Virus record (IMG/VR): IMGVR_UViG_3300025941_000015 | Location: 32,001 to 96,000 of that record | DNA length: 64,000 nucleotides | From: a virus | Direction: 5' to 3' (one strand) | Shown: in pieces, positions 1-10,074 of the stretch | Layout of the letters: every line of letters starts with the position of its first letter | Numbering within the stretch: the stretch's first letter is position 1 | The notes under the pieces: generated by a model | Seen by the model: only the letters and a program-made list of their open reading frames with translations | What the model was told of the DNA's origin: nothing | Databases searched by the model: none | Position numbers and translations under genes: made by a program

Positions 1-2
1 AC

Positions 3-953
3 CTCCCGCTGCTGCACGAGGCCATGGCCGACGTCATGTACCGGAAGAGCCGGAAGGATGTCGCCGACCAGTTCCCCCGCATCAACACCGCTGTCATCCC
101 GTTCTACCTCAGCGATGTTGAGGCGACGATGTACGAGCGCGTGCGCGACTACGTCCTGAACCTCTTGCTCGACGCCACGGCACAGTTCGGTGCCAGCTTC
201 AACCTCGCTGCGCACTACGGCGCCGACCACGACCCGGCCAGCGAGCAGATGAAGGGCGACATCATGGCTGGGGTCATGCTCCTGCGGCAGATCTCCGACG
301 ACGCCAACCTCGTGCTGCAGTCGGCAGCCAACTACGACACGGGCAGGGGCACCGGCTCGAAGCTGGCACACGAGCTGGTCGCACAGGGATGGTTCGACAA
401 CGTCCCCGACGTCTCGTCGAAGCGTGCCATGTTCTTCGAGTTCATCGAGGAGGTGCTGGCCGAGGACTGCGACTCGAAGGTCGTCGGCTTCTCCACGTTC
501 AAGGGCATGCTGCGATCGCTCGCCCTCGACACGGCGCCACTCACCAAGAGCACGGCGTTGACCGGCGACATGAACGCCAGGGACAGGGACACATCGATCC
601 AGCAGTTCAAGACCGACAAGGCCACCCGTCTGTTCCTGTCGAGCGACGCTGGCGGGTACGGCATCGACCTGCCCAACGCCAACCACCTCGTGTCGCTCGA
701 CCTGCCCTGGTCGACGGGCAGCTACGAGCAGCGCGAGGCCCGCATCATCCGCATCAGCTCCGAGTTCGAGCAGGTGTTCATCACCATGCTGCTGGCGCAG
801 GGGACGATCGACATGCGCATGCACGAGATGATCGAGGAGAAGGGTGGCGTCGCCGACGCCTGGCTCGACGGCAGCGTCGACGCCAAGGGTGGGTTCGAGC
901 TGAACCTGGGCAGCCTGACTGACTTCCTGGCCACAGCGAAGTTGCGTCCGTAA
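3..953 (+). CDS. SNF2-family helicase, C-terminal part (5' truncated by window)
   Basis: HELICc motifs: VVGFSTF, LFLSSDAGGYGIDL, DLPWS..YEQREARIIRI; frame open to the window edge. Confidence 0.85.
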   Translation, partial: LPLLHEAMADVMYRKSRKDVADQFPRINTAVIPFYLSDVEATMYERVRDYVLNLLLDATAQFGASFNLAAHYGADHDPASEQMKGDIMAGVMLLRQISDDANLVLQSAANYDTGRGTGSKLAHELVAQGWFDNVPDVSSKRAMFFEFIEEVLAEDCDSKVVGFSTFKGMLRSLALDTAPLTKSTALTGDMNARDRDTSIQQFKTDKATRLFLSSDAGGYGIDLPNANHLVSLDLPWSTGSYEQREARIIRISSEFEQVFITMLLAQGTIDMRMHEMIEEKGGVADAWLDGSVDAKGGFELNLGSLTDFLATAKLRP

Positions 954-970
954 TCGATAGTTGCTACTGT
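942..970 (+). promoter_or_regulatory. SigA-like promoter
   Basis: TTGCGT-17 bp-TACTGT with TGn extension, 9 nt before ATG 980. Confidence 0.55.
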
Positions 971-979
971 TGCGACCTC

Positions 980-1405
980 ATGGCTGTCAAGAAGCTCGCA
1001 CGGGGCATCAACAAGACCAACTTCCCGCAGTACCTACAGCGGTTCCTCCAGGCCAAGGCCATGGCCAACGAGGCGACGCAGCGGTCCAACGACCAGCGCG
1101 ATCAGCTCATGGCCTTCGTCGAGAAGCACGGCATCGAGGACGAGAAGGGGCACGTGCGTGTCGAGGCTCCCGGCATCGGCTTCGCCAAGCGCGAGCGCAA
1201 GGTGTCCGACGTCTTCGACGCCGAGTTCGCCGAGGAGTATCTCAAGAAGACCAAGCTCTGGCTCAAGGCCACCGAGACCATCACGGTCATCGACGAGGAC
1301 AAGCTGCTCGCCCTGATCTACGACGGGACCATCCCCGAGGAGGTCGGTGAGCTGATGTACACCAAGAAGATCTCATACGCATTCCGCGTGGAGGAAGAGA
1401 AGTGA
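980..1405 (+). CDS. hypothetical protein (apparent paralog of 25546..25929)
   Basis: Phage-like codon use; N-terminal helix plus similar C-terminal pattern to 25546 ORF. Confidence 0.7.
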   Translation: MAVKKLARGINKTNFPQYLQRFLQAKAMANEATQRSNDQRDQLMAFVEKHGIEDEKGHVRVEAPGIGFAKRERKVSDVFDAEFAEEYLKKTKLWLKATETITVIDEDKLLALIYDGTIPEEVGELMYTKKISYAFRVEEEK

Positions 1406-1433
1406 AGACCACCCCTACCAAGAAGGAGGCTTG

Positions 1434-1769
1434 ATGCCTTACGGACTATCAATCGACCTCGACGCCATCAAGTGTGTGGACATGGGTCACCACTGGATCG
1501 AGACGTTCTACGGACGGTGTCCGTCCGGCAAGTTGAAGGGCACGCCGATGCGTGCGGCTGTCTGTGTCACCTGTGGCTCGGGCAAGATCGACCACCTGTC
1601 GTGGAGCGGCAAGGTCACCGGCACCGACCGCGACACCGACGAGGTGTACATCACCAACGCCCGACTGCTGGGGGACCACCACCAACGACGCATGGCGTTG
1701 CGGCAGGCGAAGAACGAACGCATGAAGAAGGAAGGCGACAAGGGAGCACTCAATGGGCAAGATGACTGA
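1434..1769 (+). CDS. hypothetical Cys/His-containing protein
   Basis: AAGGAGG RBS; C...GHHW and CVTC. Confidence 0.6.
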   Translation: MPYGLSIDLDAIKCVDMGHHWIETFYGRCPSGKLKGTPMRAAVCVTCGSGKIDHLSWSGKVTGTDRDTDEVYITNARLLGDHHQRRMALRQAKNERMKKEGDKGALNGQDD

Positions 1770-2112
1770 TGAAGCCAAAGAGAACATGATCATGGGGCAG
1801 AAGGCGATGCGCGCCGTCGAGGCGTACCTCGTCTACATCAACCAGTACAAGACGCGTGGTCGTCCGATGAGTCAGGCTGCGCTCAGCGGCAAGATCATTG
1901 AAGAGACCAACCTGGCCAAGAAGGTCATCCTGATCGCCCAGATGCACGAGGCAATTCGACGTGCCGAGTGGGCCCAGAAGGAGGCTGAGCTGAAACAGGA
2001 GTTCCTCAAATACGCACCCTGGTTCTCTGAGCAGCACGGCGTGACGTACCCGGCCTGGCGTGAGATCGGTGTGTCAGCCTCCGTGCTGGCCGAGGCGGGG
2101 ATCACCGGGTGA
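1753..2112 (+). CDS. conserved hypothetical protein resembling an Acidimicrobiia chromosomal family
   Basis: RAVEAYL...RGRP...F...A..FSEQHGVTYPAWREIGVSASVLAEAGI pattern, recalled from memory. Confidence 0.6.
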   Translation: MGKMTDEAKENMIMGQKAMRAVEAYLVYINQYKTRGRPMSQAALSGKIIEETNLAKKVILIAQMHEAIRRAEWAQKEAELKQEFLKYAPWFSEQHGVTYPAWREIGVSASVLAEAGITG

Positions 2113-2265
2113 CCGATGTGCACTACCTGCAGCGGCCGCGGCTTGTGCACCAGCTCGTCAGTCGGTCGGGCAAGGAGTACACGGCCAGGTGTGGGGTAGT
2201 GACCGAGGACGTCGGTGACGTGACCGGATGGCATCAGTTCATCACGTGTGAGGAGTGTCTGAACC

Positions 2266-2721
2266 ATGAGCGATGAACTAGACCGTGCCCTGGCCGACCT
2301 GCCGGGCTTCAACTTCCCCAGTGGTGTGAAGCCACGCCGCACGTCCGCAGCTACCAAGGCGCGGGTCGAGCCCGTGGCCGACGACTGGGATGCCAACCCG
2401 ACCATCAAGAAGCTCAAGGGTGTCGACACAGAGTTCTTCACCATCGGCAACCTCGCCGCTGCACTGGGCAACAAGCCGGTCACCGTGCGCTCGTGGGAGC
2501 GCAAGGGCTGGCTGCCCCTGAGCCGGTTCCGCACACCCGCCCCGTCTACCCACCCCATCGAGGGGAAGAAGCCCATGGGTAAGCGGCTGTACACCAGGGC
2601 TCAGATCGAGGCGGTCGTCAAGGCTGCTCGCGATGCAGGCGTGCTCGACCCGTCAGTGCCCCGGCCGAACTGGCCGAAGTTCACCAGGCAGGTTGTCGAT
2701 GCCTGGAAGTTGAACACGTAG
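2266..2721 (+). CDS. MerR-like HTH DNA-binding protein
   Basis: FTIGNLAAALGNKPVTVRSWERKGWLP...RLYTRAQIE. Confidence 0.75.
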   Translation: MSDELDRALADLPGFNFPSGVKPRRTSAATKARVEPVADDWDANPTIKKLKGVDTEFFTIGNLAAALGNKPVTVRSWERKGWLPLSRFRTPAPSTHPIEGKKPMGKRLYTRAQIEAVVKAARDAGVLDPSVPRPNWPKFTRQVVDAWKLNT

Positions 2722-2757
2722 ACTCACCAGTCCCCACCACACAGGAGATCACACACA

Positions 2758-3528
2758 ATGGTTCTGAAACTGGCCAAGAAGACCCCGGTCACGGCCGCCC
2801 CGGCGAAGAAGGTTGCGGCGAAGAAGGTGGCGCCGAAGAAGCTCGCACCTCGTCGCGTCGACGACGACGAGGCACCGACACCGAAGAAGAAGAAGGCTGC
2901 TGCCGCCGCTCCACCCACCGGCTCCCGCAAGGGTGTTGTCACCTCCGGGTGGGACGGTGCCAAGGGCATGGGTGGCAGCGGTGACTTCATCAAGGCGCTC
3001 GACTTCAAGAACGAGGCCGACCGTCTCGGCGACACGCTCTACTTCGTCGGCAAGTTCATCGACGACGAGCCGTACGCCAACGTCAAGATCCACTGGACCG
3101 ACCGCAAGGGCAAGCGCTCGTTCGTGTGCATCGGTGACGACTGCCCGCTGTGCGACATCGGTGCGGACGTGAAGACCGAGATGCGATTCAACTTCGCTGT
3201 GTTCACCGAGGATGCACCGAAGCTGCGCTCGTGGGCAGCGGGCTGGAAGATCTTCAAGAAGATCGAGCAGTACTCCATCGCCCCGCTCACCAAGCCGCTG
3301 TCGAAGCGGTACTACCTCGCGACACGCACCGGCAAGACCTTCAACGAGATCGCCTACGACCTGCAGAAGGTCACCGCCGATGAGATCGGCGAGGGCTACC
3401 CCGACATCTACGTCCCCACTGCTGAGGAGATCGCCGAGCTTGGTGGGTACACCCTCGACGATGTCGTCAAGGAGTACTCGACGATGGAAGAGCTGGAAGA
3501 AGTCGCAGCCGAGATCGTCGAAGGGTGA
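2758..3528 (+). CDS. putative single-stranded DNA-binding protein with Lys/Ala/Pro-rich N-tail
   Basis: H..C...DCPLC Zn motif, acidic C-terminus, directly upstream of polA; AGGAG RBS. Confidence 0.55.
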   Translation: MVLKLAKKTPVTAAPAKKVAAKKVAPKKLAPRRVDDDEAPTPKKKKAAAAAPPTGSRKGVVTSGWDGAKGMGGSGDFIKALDFKNEADRLGDTLYFVGKFIDDEPYANVKIHWTDRKGKRSFVCIGDDCPLCDIGADVKTEMRFNFAVFTEDAPKLRSWAAGWKIFKKIEQYSIAPLTKPLSKRYYLATRTGKTFNEIAYDLQKVTADEIGEGYPDIYVPTAEEIAELGGYTLDDVVKEYSTMEELEEVAAEIVEG

Positions 3529-5639
3529 TCATCACTGGCGAGCGCCAGCTCCGACAGCTCGTCAAGGAGTACCAGCAGCACGACGCTCTGGTCTTCGATC
3601 TGGAGACCATGTACGTGGCGACGGAGGAGGAGCAGGCGGAGAGCGATCGCATCCACGAGCGCCCGCAGCACCAGTGGTCAGCAGACGAGAAGGCGTGGAT
3701 CAACGTCTTCGATCTCAAGGCCACCGACCCGCACATCAACACCACCATCTGGTTCGGGATGGCCACGGCAGGACGCAGCGATGCCATCGCCGTGGGCCAC
3801 CCGAAGGGTGAGCTGATCGAGCCCGCCCACAAGATCAAGACGACTGCCGCCGACTACTACGGCGTCGGGGATGACCGTGCGTATACACCGACGGGCAGGC
3901 TCTCCTCGCGTGCGATGGAGGTGCTCGTGCCCGCACGGTTCGAGCCCCCGCCACCGCAGCTCACACTGGAGCAGGCGTGCGAGATCCTCCGCCCGCTGTT
4001 CTTCGACGAGGGCCGGAGGATCGTCAACCAGAACCTCAAGTTCGACATCAAGTCTCTTGTGCGTGCCTACGACGGGGAGTTCATCCCCGGTCCGTACGGC
4101 GACACGATCGTGGCGCAGCACACGGTGGATGAGAACGCCTTCATGTCCCTCAACCTGGGTGCCATGGTCGAGCGGCACTTCGGCCACAGCTACGACAAGC
4201 TGGGCTCGAAGGGCGTGCACAACTTCTCCTTCAACGCAGCGGCGCGGTACGCCGAGCAGGATGCGAAGTTCACCTGGCTGCTGTGGAAGCGCTACGAACG
4301 GATCCTCAAGCGCGAGGGCCTGTTCGACCTGTTCGAGTTCAAGATGCAGGTCATGGAGATGCTGATGCGGAAGGAGTGGGCCGGGGCCTACGTCGACAGC
4401 AAGGCCATGGAGATCACGCGCCAGACGTACGAGAAGCGCAAGCGCGACACGGTCGCCCGGCTGCTGTCCGAGCACTCGGTGCCCCCGACCTTCAACCCCG
4501 ACAGCACGCTGCACAAGGCCGACCTGCTGTTCACGAGGCTCAAGGCACCAGTGTTGAAGAGGACGGGCACGGGCAAGGCGTCGGTCGATGCTGAGACCCT
4601 GGAGAAGGTCGCCCAGATGCCAGGCGAGGCGGGGCAGGCAGCGCAGACGCTGCTCGACTACGCCGAGGTCTCGAAGGTCATCGGCACGTACTTCGTGGGC
4701 ATGGGTGCCAAGCTCGACGGCGCTGGCTTCCTGCACCCCGACTTCACACAGCATGCTGCCGACACCGGGCGCCTCGCATGTCGCACCCCGAACCTCCACA
4801 ACATCCCACGTGAGTCCGACATGCGCGACATGTTCACGGCACCGAAGGGGTACGTCGTGGTCGGCGCTGACTACGACCAGATCGAGCTGCGGTTCATCTG
4901 TGCCGAGTCGCAGGACACCACGATGCAGGAGGTGTTCCTCTCCGGGGAGGACGTCCATGCCACGACCGCTGCGCTCGTACTCAACAAGCCCCTCGACGAG
5001 GTGACCAAAGACGAGCGCTCGAACTTCGGCAAGATGCCGAACTTCCTCATCGGCTACGGCGGCACGGCCTTCCTCCTCGCAGCCAAGACGGGCATCACCG
5101 TGGACGAGGCCGACGCTGTGTTCAAGGCGTACTTCTCCCGCTTCTCGCGCATCAACCCGTGGAAGGAAGAGGTCATCGCCGAGGCTGTCGCTCGCGCCAC
5201 GTGGAAGGACGGCAACCTCATCGTCCCGCCGTACGTCACCACGATGATGGGCCAGCGCCGTCGACTGCCCGACCTCCTCCGCAAGACGAACAGGAACATG
5301 AGCAAGGAGGAGTGGCGGGAGACGATGAAGCTGCGGTCGCGTGCCGAGCGTCAGGCCGTCAACGCTGTGACCCAGGGGTCTGCTGCGGAGACGTTGCAGA
5401 TCGCCATGCTCGACATCGATCGCTACTGCCGGGAGCGCAAGTTCCCGATGCGCCTCGCCATCAACATCCACGACGAGGTGGTTGCGTACTGCAAGGAGAG
5501 CCACGCCGAGGAGGGTCAGCTCATCGTCGAATCCCTCATGGGTGATGTGGTCAACCCCTTCACGGGCGAGCCACCTTTACGTGACTTCGTGCCGCTGATA
5601 GCGTCCGGCTATATCGCTGATCGCTGGCGTAAGGTCTAG
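3525..5639 (+). CDS. polA: DNA polymerase family A with 3'-5' exonuclease domain
   Basis: ExoI FDLET, ExoII NLKFD, ExoIII YAEQD; motif A DYDQIELR, motif B KMPNFLIGYG, motif C IHDE. Confidence 0.95.
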   Translation: MIITGERQLRQLVKEYQQHDALVFDLETMYVATEEEQAESDRIHERPQHQWSADEKAWINVFDLKATDPHINTTIWFGMATAGRSDAIAVGHPKGELIEPAHKIKTTAADYYGVGDDRAYTPTGRLSSRAMEVLVPARFEPPPPQLTLEQACEILRPLFFDEGRRIVNQNLKFDIKSLVRAYDGEFIPGPYGDTIVAQHTVDENAFMSLNLGAMVERHFGHSYDKLGSKGVHNFSFNAAARYAEQDAKFTWLLWKRYERILKREGLFDLFEFKMQVMEMLMRKEWAGAYVDSKAMEITRQTYEKRKRDTVARLLSEHSVPPTFNPDSTLHKADLLFTRLKAPVLKRTGTGKASVDAETLEKVAQMPGEAGQAAQTLLDYAEVSKVIGTYFVGMGAKLDGAGFLHPDFTQHAADTGRLACRTPNLHNIPRESDMRDMFTAPKGYVVVGADYDQIELRFICAESQDTTMQEVFLSGEDVHATTAALVLNKPLDEVTKDERSNFGKMPNFLIGYGGTAFLLAAKTGITVDEADAVFKAYFSRFSRINPWKEEVIAEAVARATWKDGNLIVPPYVTTMMGQRRRLPDLLRKTNRNMSKEEWRETMKLRSRAERQAVNAVTQGSAAETLQIAMLDIDRYCRERKFPMRLAINIHDEVVAYCKESHAEEGQLIVESLMGDVVNPFTGEPPLRDFVPLIASGYIADRWRKV

Positions 5640-5672
5640 GGTCGTGATGTCTGTTCAGCGACTGGGAGAGCC

Positions 5673-5993
5673 GTGACCATCGTTGCTGATCTACACACCA
5701 AGAAGCGCTTCCTGCAGCGTGCGTTCTTCCCACTGGGAACGGAGGTGTGCTCCGAGATAGGACTAGTACCGCCGTCCGAGGAGGTCGCCGAGTCCGAGCA
5801 GAACCAGGCGTACACCGAGATGGGCCACGCCGCCCAGCTCTACCTCCCGTACATCTCCAAGCGGATCCAGTGGTACCTGCAGGGTGTCGAGGGCCTCGCA
5901 GCATCGGGCCTGCCGGTGGAGGAGAAGACGTTGGGTGAGAACCTGCTGTCGTTCACACTGGCGATGATGGTCGATGAAGGGAGAATGTCGTGA
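5673..5993 (+). CDS. hypothetical protein
   Basis: ORF with GGAG RBS, overlaps the start of the next gene. Confidence 0.55.
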   Translation: MTIVADLHTKKRFLQRAFFPLGTEVCSEIGLVPPSEEVAESEQNQAYTEMGHAAQLYLPYISKRIQWYLQGVEGLAASGLPVEEKTLGENLLSFTLAMMVDEGRMS

Positions 5994-6424
5994 CTGACAA
6001 CGCAGCTTGGTTCGCCGCACGCATGGCGCGAGAGGCTGGCACGGCTCAGCAGTACGTGCCACCGCAGCAGCTACCGCCCGTGGCACCACCGCAACAGGTG
6101 TACCCACAGCAGCAGCAGTATCCACAGCAGCAGTACCAGCAGCCCGCACCCCAACCCATCTCCGAGCAGGCTGTGATCCAGGCCGCTCGTGATGGACAGA
6201 TCACTGCGTTCCAGGTGTTCGACTACGTGGCGCAGAAGGGTGGCGGCAAGGGTGCGAGGACTGAGCGCGACCTCTGCCCCGAGTGCGGGAGCAACCACTA
6301 CTTCCAGCGCAAGGCGGCCAGCAAGATGGGGATGCCGCCCGCCCCCTACTGCCACTCGTGTGGCTACAACGGTATGTACGAGCAGTTCGGCACCGGGGAA
6401 GTCCCGGTAACACCAGAAGGATGA
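5990..6424 (+). CDS. Gln/Pro-rich protein with C-terminal Zn ribbon
   Basis: PQQ/YPQQQ repeats; CPECGS...CHSCG. Confidence 0.7.
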   Translation: MTDNAAWFAARMAREAGTAQQYVPPQQLPPVAPPQQVYPQQQQYPQQQYQQPAPQPISEQAVIQAARDGQITAFQVFDYVAQKGGGKGARTERDLCPECGSNHYFQRKAASKMGMPPAPYCHSCGYNGMYEQFGTGEVPVTPEG

Positions 6425-6425
6425 G

Positions 6426-7544
6426 ATGACAACACGGAGCACGCTCGCCCAGATCAGGCGAGACATTGAGAAGAAGTACGGACCGGACGCACTCATCAAC
6501 GGAGCAGAGTTGAAGAACCGTGTCATCCAACGCATCACCACAGGCTCGTTGAGCCTCGACGTGATGCTGGGTGGTGGCTGGCCCGTCAATCACTTCAACG
6601 AGATCGTCGGTGAGTTCTCCAGCGGTAAGACATCGCTGGTGTACAAGACCATTGCTGCCAACCAGGCGCTCGACCCCAAGTGGTTCGTCGTGTGGGTGGC
6701 GAGCGAGCCGTTCGTTGCTGAGTGGGCCGAGGCTGCCGGGTGTGACCTGTCTCGCTTCGAGATCATCGACGACAACGTCATCGAGTCTGCGTTCACCATG
6801 CTGTTGATGTTCGTCGAGAACCATGCGTGCGACTGCGTTGTGATCGATTCGCTGCCAGCCATGCTCCCGTCGGACGAGAACGACAACGGTCTGGACAACT
6901 GGCAGGTGGGGCTGGCTGCCCGGCTCAACAACAAGTTCTTCCGAGTGGCAGGCTCCAAGGTCAAGCGCTCGATGACCGGTGACGAGCGCGCCTGCACCTT
7001 CCTCGTCGTGAACCAGTTCCGAGAGAAGATCGGTGTGACCCACGGTGACAACCGCACGACGCCCGGCGGCAGGGGCAAGGACTTCGCCTACTTCACCAAG
7101 ACCGAGGTGCGTCGCAAGGAGTGGCTGGAGGTCGACAAGGAGCGTGTCGGTGTCCGTATCGCTGCCCGCACGGTGAAGAACAAGAGCGCCCCGCCGCAGC
7201 GTGGTGCCGAGGTCAACTTCTACTTCGCCGATGCACCTGGCTTCCCGGCAGGATCGTTCGACGTCGCCGATGACCTCGTCGGCACGGCTGTGTACACCGA
7301 CGTCATCCACCGCATCGACGGCGGCACGACGTACTGGTTCGACGACCAGAAGCTGGGCGTAGGTCTGGCGAAGACCTTGGCCCTGGTGCGTGAGGATCTC
7401 GACCTCCAACGTGCGATCCGCGAGCGAACCCTCAAGGTCACGGCAACCTCATACGCACCGGACATCGACCTCACCGTGGCCGAGCAGATCGTTCCTGAAC
7501 CCCCGCCTCGCAAGCTCAAGCTGGCAGCGAAGAATGCCTCGTGA
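6426..7544 (+). CDS. recA: RecA-like recombinase
   Basis: TGSLSLDVMLGGG, Walker A GEFSSGKTS, VVIDS, NQFREKIG, TTPGGRG, VKNKSAPP. Confidence 0.93.
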   Translation: MTTRSTLAQIRRDIEKKYGPDALINGAELKNRVIQRITTGSLSLDVMLGGGWPVNHFNEIVGEFSSGKTSLVYKTIAANQALDPKWFVVWVASEPFVAEWAEAAGCDLSRFEIIDDNVIESAFTMLLMFVENHACDCVVIDSLPAMLPSDENDNGLDNWQVGLAARLNNKFFRVAGSKVKRSMTGDERACTFLVVNQFREKIGVTHGDNRTTPGGRGKDFAYFTKTEVRRKEWLEVDKERVGVRIAARTVKNKSAPPQRGAEVNFYFADAPGFPAGSFDVADDLVGTAVYTDVIHRIDGGTTYWFDDQKLGVGLAKTLALVREDLDLQRAIRERTLKVTATSYAPDIDLTVAEQIVPEPPPRKLKLAAKNAS

Positions 7545-7851
7545 CACCAAGCTCAAGAGGAGCCTGGCGCAGGAGAAGCGCACCGCCGGTCAGTACAACG
7601 GTGCACGGGTGCCGATGTCCGGCGCCACGTGGCACTCGAAGAACGACGTGCGCACCGACGACCTGCTGATCGAGAACAAGCGCACCGACAACGTGTCGAG
7701 CATCACCATCAAGGCCAAGGATCTTGAAGAGCTGGACCGACACGCATGTCAGGAGGGTCGGCAGGGGATTCTGCAGTTCGACCTCAACGGACGGGAGTAC
7801 GTCATACTCCGCAGCGGGTTTGCGCGGGAGCTTCTCGGGCTGGATGGGTAG
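7534..7851 (+). CDS. PD-(D/E)xK Holliday-junction-resolvase-like nuclease
   Basis: QEKR...SGA...NDV...LIENK. Confidence 0.65.
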   Translation: MPRDTKLKRSLAQEKRTAGQYNGARVPMSGATWHSKNDVRTDDLLIENKRTDNVSSITIKAKDLEELDRHACQEGRQGILQFDLNGREYVILRSGFARELLGLDG

Positions 7852-7853
7852 CT

Positions 7854-8234
7854 GTGTCGGTGTCGATCGAGGTCACTGCCATCTATGTGCGGGTGGTGCA
7901 GCGACCCCCCGTCGACCTCCGACACTGGCGCTACTTCTTCCAGGCCGAGGAGGACCGAGCGGCACAGGACGCATGGATGACCTACGGCAAGTGCTACGGC
8001 AAGGGTCACCTCAACGAGGTGTTCAACCCGCCCGTCGATGACGACGAGGAGAACCCCAGCAAGACGGCCCGCATCATCACCATTGAGGCGAAGAAGTACT
8101 GCAACGGTACTGTGGACGGCATGCGCTGCTCAGTGCGGGCGCAGTGCCTGGCGTACGCAATCGAGAACCAGATCAACTACGGAGTATGGGGTGGCAAGAC
8201 AGTGAGAGAACGACGACGACGAGCGGGAGCGTGA
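7854..8234 (+). CDS. whiB: WhiB-family Fe-S transcription factor (start uncertain)
   Basis: Four Cys (KC, YC, CSVRAQC) and YGVWGG..RERR. Confidence 0.85.
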   Translation: MSVSIEVTAIYVRVVQRPPVDLRHWRYFFQAEEDRAAQDAWMTYGKCYGKGHLNEVFNPPVDDDEENPSKTARIITIEAKKYCNGTVDGMRCSVRAQCLAYAIENQINYGVWGGKTVRERRRRAGA

Positions 8235-9223
8235 TCTCGAACCGGGCCAAGGTCGCAGCGGCTGCAGCCAAGCGGCGCGACAAGATCGCCTCGCTCAAGA
8301 CACAGACCTCCAGTGGCTGGGTCAAGGACAGGGTCACCAAGAAGGGGCACCCTCTCATCGAGGAGCTGCGGCAGTACATGATCGACGCCGTCGACACGCG
8401 CAACAAGCCGAGGGACACCGAGCACATCCACCCGTCGGAGATCTCGAAGTCGGACTGGTGCCCACGGCAGACCTACTACCGCATCAGCGGTGTGCCCCAC
8501 GACAAGGGGTACGAGGCGGGCAGGTTGTACTGGCGCCTCGCCTCCATCTACGAAGAGGGCCACGAGATCCACCACAAGCACCAGACCTGCTTCTGGGAGA
8601 TGGGCACGCTCGAAGGGGCGTGGTCGTGCATGCGCTGCGAGCACTACTGGTGGGCCGTCGCCCCGGCGGTGTGTCCCGAGTGTGCGTCGTGGCACATCGA
8701 GTACCGCGAGGTGCCGATCGTCAACGAGGTGGCCCACATCATCGGGCACACCGACGGGCTGCACAACGAGCACGGTGTGCGTCGCAACCTGGAGATGAAG
8801 TCGGTCGGCGTGCGCTCCATCGAGATCGAGATCCCCGGCGTGTACCTCCGGTGGAAGGAGTCCGGCGGCACGCTCGAAGGACTCTGGGGTCAGATCAAGA
8901 TCCCCTTCCCCTCGCACCAGCGACAGGTGCAGATCTACATGGACACGCTCAACCTCATGGGCTACGAGGTCAACGAGACTGTGTTCATCTACGAGTTCAA
9001 GGCGAACCAGGATCTCAAGGGGTTCACGGTGAAGTACGACCCGGTGAAGGCGGGCAAGCTCATCGCTCGTGCCGAGGCCGTCGTCGCTGCACGTGATACA
9101 GGTATCCCACCGGAGCGCCCCGACGCACTGACGGTGACGAGCAAGACGTGTAAGGAATGTCCATGGAGAACAGAATGCTGGAGCATCGATGCCGTACAAG
9201 TTGGTCAGACACAAGAAGCGTGA
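8231..9223 (+). CDS. Cas4-like / PD-(D/E)xK exonuclease
   Basis: HPSE...WCPR, GHTDG..LEMKS, QVQIYM, C-terminal CKECPWRTEC. Confidence 0.8.
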   Translation: MISNRAKVAAAAAKRRDKIASLKTQTSSGWVKDRVTKKGHPLIEELRQYMIDAVDTRNKPRDTEHIHPSEISKSDWCPRQTYYRISGVPHDKGYEAGRLYWRLASIYEEGHEIHHKHQTCFWEMGTLEGAWSCMRCEHYWWAVAPAVCPECASWHIEYREVPIVNEVAHIIGHTDGLHNEHGVRRNLEMKSVGVRSIEIEIPGVYLRWKESGGTLEGLWGQIKIPFPSHQRQVQIYMDTLNLMGYEVNETVFIYEFKANQDLKGFTVKYDPVKAGKLIARAEAVVAARDTGIPPERPDALTVTSKTCKECPWRTECWSIDAVQVGQTQEA

Positions 9224-9446
9224 GCAGTCTGAGCGGGAGAAGCGTGCGCATGCGTGGGCCAGGTCACTCGGCTTCACCGACGAGGAGCGACACGAGCTGG
9301 CGCGCATGCTGCCGACGATCGAGGAGCATCACGACGGCTCGTGGAAGCTGCTCACCGAGGAACAGTTCCATGACATGCTCACGATGTTCGAGGGCTACGT
9401 CTGGATCACACACATGATGCAGGAGAGAGATGACCAAGTCGGGTGA
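9189..9446 (+). CDS. hypothetical protein
   Basis: ORF with GGAG RBS between two nucleases. Confidence 0.55.
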   Translation: MPYKLVRHKKREQSEREKRAHAWARSLGFTDEERHELARMLPTIEEHHDGSWKLLTEEQFHDMLTMFEGYVWITHMMQERDDQVG

Positions 9447-9789
9447 CGCTGGACGTGACGGCGAGAACAAGGTGCGCGACTACCTCATCCAGCGTGGCTA
9501 CAACTACGCCAAGCGCATCAGGTTGAAGGGCTCCAGTGACGAGGGCGACGTGGTGCTGGGCGACCGCTACCCCGTCGCCGTCGAGGTGAAGGCCGGGCAG
9601 GGAGGTGCCAAGGTCATCTGGTCAGCCGGGCGTGAGCTGCTCGACGAGATCGCCAACTCCAATGCGGAGACCGGCTTCTGTGTCATCAAGAAGCCCCGCT
9701 GTGCTGACGTCGGTCAGTGGATGGTGTGCATCCCGATGAAGGAGTACGTCGACCAGCAGCTCTCGGTCATGTACCCGCCAGGCCGTTGA
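9430..9789 (+). CDS. second Holliday-junction-resolvase-like nuclease
   Basis: G..GENKVRDYL...GDV...VAVEVK. Confidence 0.7.
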   Translation: MTKSGDAGRDGENKVRDYLIQRGYNYAKRIRLKGSSDEGDVVLGDRYPVAVEVKAGQGGAKVIWSAGRELLDEIANSNAETGFCVIKKPRCADVGQWMVCIPMKEYVDQQLSVMYPPGR

Positions 9790-9802
9790 GTAGTCTTGCC
9801 AC

Positions 9803-10072
9803 ATGCTCATTGCAGCCATCCGGTTCATCCCCGAGCGCGAGGGTGCGACCGCCGACGGGTGGCAGGCCAGCATCGGTGACGAGCAGGCTCAGCCAACGAT
9901 CACCTACTACGCCACGCTCACCCTGGCACAGGCAGCGGTGAAGGCGGCGTTCCAGGCTGACACCGCCGTCGACGGCTACTTCCTGACGGCTGCGCAGGCC
10001 AGCGTGCTCACCACCAACAACGCTGCCGTCACCTCAGCGAAGAACGCCCTGCGCGCCGCCGACGGGTTGTAG
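9803..10072 (+). CDS. hypothetical protein, likely leaderless
   Basis: TAGTCT-6 nt-ATG. Confidence 0.6.
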   Translation: MLIAAIRFIPEREGATADGWQASIGDEQAQPTITYYATLTLAQAAVKAAFQADTAVDGYFLTAAQASVLTTNNAAVTSAKNALRAADGL

Positions 10073-10074
10073 CC